From positions 19,034,001 to 19,098,000 of the forward strand of contig OZ281501.1 in assembly GCA_965637545.1 (NCBI GenBank): a stretch of DNA of 64,000 nucleotides. The letters run 5' to 3'. The DNA is from Phallusia mammillata. Lineage: Eukaryota. The notes under the pieces were generated by a model that saw nothing but the letters and a program-made list of their open reading frames with translations, made no database searches and was not told the origin of the DNA. The position numbers and the translations under genes were made by a program. Below are positions 59,980-64,000 of this stretch, in pieces (position 1 is the first letter of the stretch; every line of letters starts with the position of its first letter).

Positions 59980-61015
59980 ATGGCCTCAAGTACAAGCCTT
60001 GATACCATTGATTTTCTTGAGATGTTGGATGATACCTTTGCCATTGACACCAGAAATTTAAAAGATTATCAAAACCCATTTGAGTGCTTCAACAATGAAG
60101 ATTTTTTCAAGAGATTCCGCTTCTCCAAGCCAACAGTTTGTCTCCTTCTAAATATAATATCTGAAGATCTAATAGTGAGAGCACATGCCATTCCTCCTTT
60201 TTTACAACTTCTGATTACATTAAGATTTTATGCAACCGGTCATTTTCAAAGAACAGATGGGGATTTGATTTCGAGTAATCAGAGCACGACATGCAGAATC
60301 ATAGAAAAAGTGAGCATAAGCATTGCAAAGCGAAGGGATGTTTTTTATCTTTTCCTTCGTCAGATGATCTGTCAGCTTTGAAAAATAAATTTTATTCCAT
60401 AGCATCATTTCCGAATGTAGTTGGTGCAATCGATTGCACACATATACCCATTCAATCACCAGGAGGAAATGATGCTGAGCTTTTTCGCAATCGAAAGCTT
60501 TTTTTTCAATTAATGTGCAGTGCATCTGTGACCCATTTCTTAAATTTACAAACATCGTTGCCCAATGGCCAGGATCCACACATGACTCCAGAATTTTTCA
60601 AAATAGTAGAGTTTTCAGCAACTTTGAGGATGGTTTGATTTCTGGCTGTTTGCTTGGAGATGGTGGATATCCATTGAAGCGCTATCTTTTAACTCCATTC
60701 CGTAACCCTTCAACTGCTGGACAGAACCGGTACAACAAATCTCATATTCAAACCAGGAATTGCATTGAACGTGCCTTTGGTGTCTACAAGCAGAGGTTCC
60801 GGTGTTTAAGAATTCCATTGCGCACCAAGTTGGAAAATTCTTTGGTCATTATTGTTGCCACAGCATTTCTACATAACTTTGCCATAACCCACAACAACAA
60901 TATAGAAATTAATGATACAGAGGATGATCTTGAAGTTGACATGGTACCTTTCTCTTCAAATACAACCCGTGCAAATTTTTGGCGAGAACAAATTGTAATC
61001 AACCATTTTTCCTGA
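59980..61015 (+). CDS. Harbinger DDE transposase (HARBI1-like), two -1 frameshifts in poly-T runs
   Basis: FRFSK, LRFYATG, GAIDCTHI, WPGSTHDSRIF, LLGDGGYP, IERAFG..KQRFRCL, LHNF. Frameshifts at ~60341-60346 and ~60499-60506. Confidence 0.9.
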
Positions 61016-61236
61016 GCTTTTTGTGTAAGAAATGCATTTTATCAGTTATATATTTTTGCATTTGTTTTGATTTCTGTTATATTTCAGCGTTTGTTTTGAA
61101 CTTATTATTTAGTTTAGTGTTTAAAAGATTTTATGATTCTGTGACTTATTTCCCAAAAAAACAGTGGGGTTGTTTTTTGCCAAAATTCTATTCCACACAA
61201 TAATATTTTAGAAACAACACCTTTTTAATTGGTACT

Positions 61237-61563
61237 AAAGTCTACACAAAACAGAAGTTGACGAACCTGTTGTTGCACGATAGAAAGTCATGGACACCAT
61301 GTTGTGTCCAAAATAATCCAGAGGTTATAAGAAACCATATATACATTGCCTGACATTTATAAACTGGAGAGCTTTATTCCGAATTTGATTCGCCAATTCT
61401 TTTTTCAGAATAAAGCTCTCCAGTTTATAAACATCAGGCAATGTATGTATTATGGTTTCTTATAACCTTTGGATTATTTGGGACACAATGTGGTGTCAAT
61501 GAGGGCAATATATGCTCTATGGTGTAAGAATAGGTTGGTCAGCTTTTGTTTTATGTAGACTTT
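61237..61563. repeat. Long imperfect inverted repeat (~145-bp arms) inside the Harbinger element
   Basis: aaagtctacac...gagctttattc pairs with gaataaagctc...gtagacttt. Confidence 0.9.
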
Positions 61564-62302
61564 TCTTAGGATCTATTTTACATTTTGCCGGTGTACTTTT
61601 GTACCTAATATTCATGACCGTTTACTGTGAATTTTGGTAATTTCAAGGTGTTCGCTTTACTGCAGCTAGACGAGCATGTTTTTTGTAAAACTAGATAAAA
61701 GTATTATAACAGCCACATTTTTTTTGTTAACATATAATCAATTTTACATTGCATTACATACTAGGCGGAGTTTTCTGGTCAAAATTTCTTACATAATCTT
61801 ATTTACATTAAAATCTATCTGACTTCAGAGGCTTGCATTGTAACTTTTTTGTGATACCACCACACATTCATGTGTTTATTATTTACCATTTCTGATGTAA
61901 TGCTGATTTGTTGGCGGTGATAGAGTTCAAAAATATAACCCAAACCAATGTTAACTTTTTGTGGTTCAGGCAAGCAAAAGTCAGCAGCAGACTTTATTGA
62001 TTACAAATAAACAATGCATATGGTAAAATATATAAACACATTTGAAATAAAAACTAGTGAAAAAAACAACAACTAAACAGGCGAAATATATTCAATGTCT
62101 GCAAATTAATTTAAAATGATTTAATAACAAATTAGGTGCCCTTCACATTAGCCTTTTGCCTTGAGCAATATGAAGGGCAATTAAGTGCGCAATCCGTCCT
62201 GCTTTCCTCGCACACTGGATCCTTTCCCAAGGTTTTTTTTTAAAGCAGGACGGAGGCCCTTCCTTGGGATCACCAGTATGTTTCGCAGGAAGCCCCCTCT
62301 GA

Positions 62303-63131
62303 TTACAGTAGGACATCGGGCCGGCAGCACTTGCAACCACATTGCAGCGCACTCCTTTCTCGATTCAGCGCCCTTCTCTCCTTTATTTCGGCTATTTGCT
62401 CAGCACAAATAGCCTCTTTCATTTGTGCCACCTTCAACTTTTGTGCAACTAAGGCTCGCCTTTCTTTTGCTTCACTGAGCTGCTTGTCTTTGAGAGCTAG
62501 CTCCCTTTCTAACAATAGCTGCCTTGTTGCCATTTCATTTTTGCGCATCGAGCGGAGATTGCTGCTCTGTGGCTGAGACACAGTTGTTGATGTGCCTGGC
62601 GCTGCAGTTGTTAACTCAACAACAACCTTACTGCTCTCATCCTTGGGGGTGGCCTCTGCGTCACAGTCAAAGTTGTTTCCCAAAGGAAACACCTGTGATG
62701 GAAGGGCTGCTGCACATAAAAAACACTCCTGTTAAACTTGACTTCTACAAAAATAAGTTTACAACTGCTCTCACTGTACCTGTGACCAACTCGGCAAGAG
62801 GGTCCTCAACAAGTAGTGGTTGCCCACCACCTGTCTTGAACATCTCTCGCCTCTTGTCGGCATGCAATTTCTTGGCTCTGGCTTTCTGGTTTTTCCACAG
62901 TCGCTTTAAATGGCTAGTGTCACAAGGGTTTTGGACACAGCTATTATAAGCTTCCGTGACCTGCTGCCAAGCCAATTCCTTGCGCCGTGCAGAAGCCTTG
63001 TCGGTAGCTTTGCATTCAATCACGTCACTGAAGTGGAACTTCGGATCAGTGAGCAAAGCTGCCAACCACTCTTTGTCAGCATCAACAAAGCTGTGGCGTG
63101 CCCTTTTGCTGCAAACTTCTATTGAAGACAT
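62303..63131 (-). CDS. Harbinger Myb/SANT-like DNA-binding protein; join(62780-63131,62303-62709), ~252 aa
   Basis: AWQQVTEAYN..LKRLWKNQK..KTGGG trihelix motif; a 70-nt GT-AG intron restores the frame; C-terminal coiled coil. Confidence 0.8.
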
Positions 63132-64000
63132 AGTTCTATAATCATAAATGAGTTATAGTGCCTAAAAAAACACAACTGTTAGCTGACAGATATCAGTAAT
63201 AAAGCTATTTACAACGAACTTGATACCAGTAAAAAGTTCTCAAGAGAATACAACTACTTTTTGTCAAAGTTGAGGAACAATCCTACAAAAAAAACGGTAC
63301 TGTCTAAACTTTTTTTGCCGCCGTCTGCCTCATTTCTGTCCACTCCAAAATGTTAGCGACAACTTTCCTGTTGCAATTTGCCGTCCAAACCTATTCGCGC
63401 CAAAACAAAAGCTGAGTCACAACGGAAAATTTGGCGTCAGTGATGCGTGACAGACCAAATCCAAGGCTTGGCTGAGCCGAGCTTGATCCGAGTTTCTGCA
63501 TACCGCTGAGCCGGGCCTATGATCCGGGGATCGGCTGAGCCTCGATTGGCGCTAAGCCGCGACTTGAGATAATCCAGGTTTCTGCATTCGGCCCTTAGTG
63601 ACATAATCAGTCTTGGTCTCTTTAATTTGCAAACTTGCTGCAAACAGGCACGCTCTACTTGTCTCTTTCCGGAGGAGGTGATTGGTTGGCTAGAACACGT
63701 GACTGCTTGATTAAGCAAACGAGAACTCCGCAGGCAGCTGAATTGGGGATTCCGAAGCTGACTTGCAGGGGCGCCAAGGTTGATATAAAAGCAAAGAGCT
63801 GATTCCACGCGCTTTTAAACACGTTTTCCTGGGAGCGGATGATAGAAGCTGCACGTAAGTTTGGGTTGAATAAATAAGATATGTGGTGTTAGATGTTATA
63901 ATACTTAAACGCCATAGTATATTTACATACACGTTGTATCATAGGGTATTTACGGTATTGTTTTAATGTATAAGTTTAAATACCAAACAATTTAGTGATT

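Larger units (their letters stand above)
59487..63594. mobile_element. Complete PIF/Harbinger DNA transposon
   Basis: Perfect 27-bp TIRs GGGCCGAATGCAGAAACCTGGATTATC; TTA target-site duplication (59484-86 / 63595-97); empty site visible at ~878-890; convergent transposase and Myb/SANT genes. Confidence 0.95.

Overview
Eukaryotic, AT-rich invertebrate DNA. Very short GT-AG introns and abundant TGACGTCA words suggest an ascidian/tunicate, but this is inference. Positions 1-51 kb are an irregular tandem segmental duplication. Each repeat carries a three-exon, + strand collectin-like gene (signal peptide, Cys, Gly-X-Y collagen, short neck, C-type lectin-like domain). There are five paralogs: four intact (15116-16891, 26456-28936, 33041-35048, 48430-50549) and one that has lost its start codon (2271-4424). 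Their lectin domains lack the canonical EPN/QPD and WND Ca2+/sugar motifs and the inner disulfide. They vary strongly and in patchwork fashion in predicted loops, while the framework is conserved. Co-duplicated with them are minus-strand trypsin-like (S1) protease exon remnants, a decayed gene with TGF-beta-like cysteine spacing, and an unidentified TATA-promoter multi-exon unit. They also carry covarying cruciform elements and a ~51-bp-period array of NF-kB plus CRE/ATF sites. The array is scattered with hAT MITEs, tRNA-derived repeats and a captured RPS2 fragment. Positions 51-64 kb hold a near full-length CR1/L2-group LINE, a decayed RTE LINE and a complete PIF/Harbinger transposon (27-bp TIRs, TTA TSD) with a long internal hairpin. 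Most short ORFs in the supplied track are spurious because the genes are spliced.
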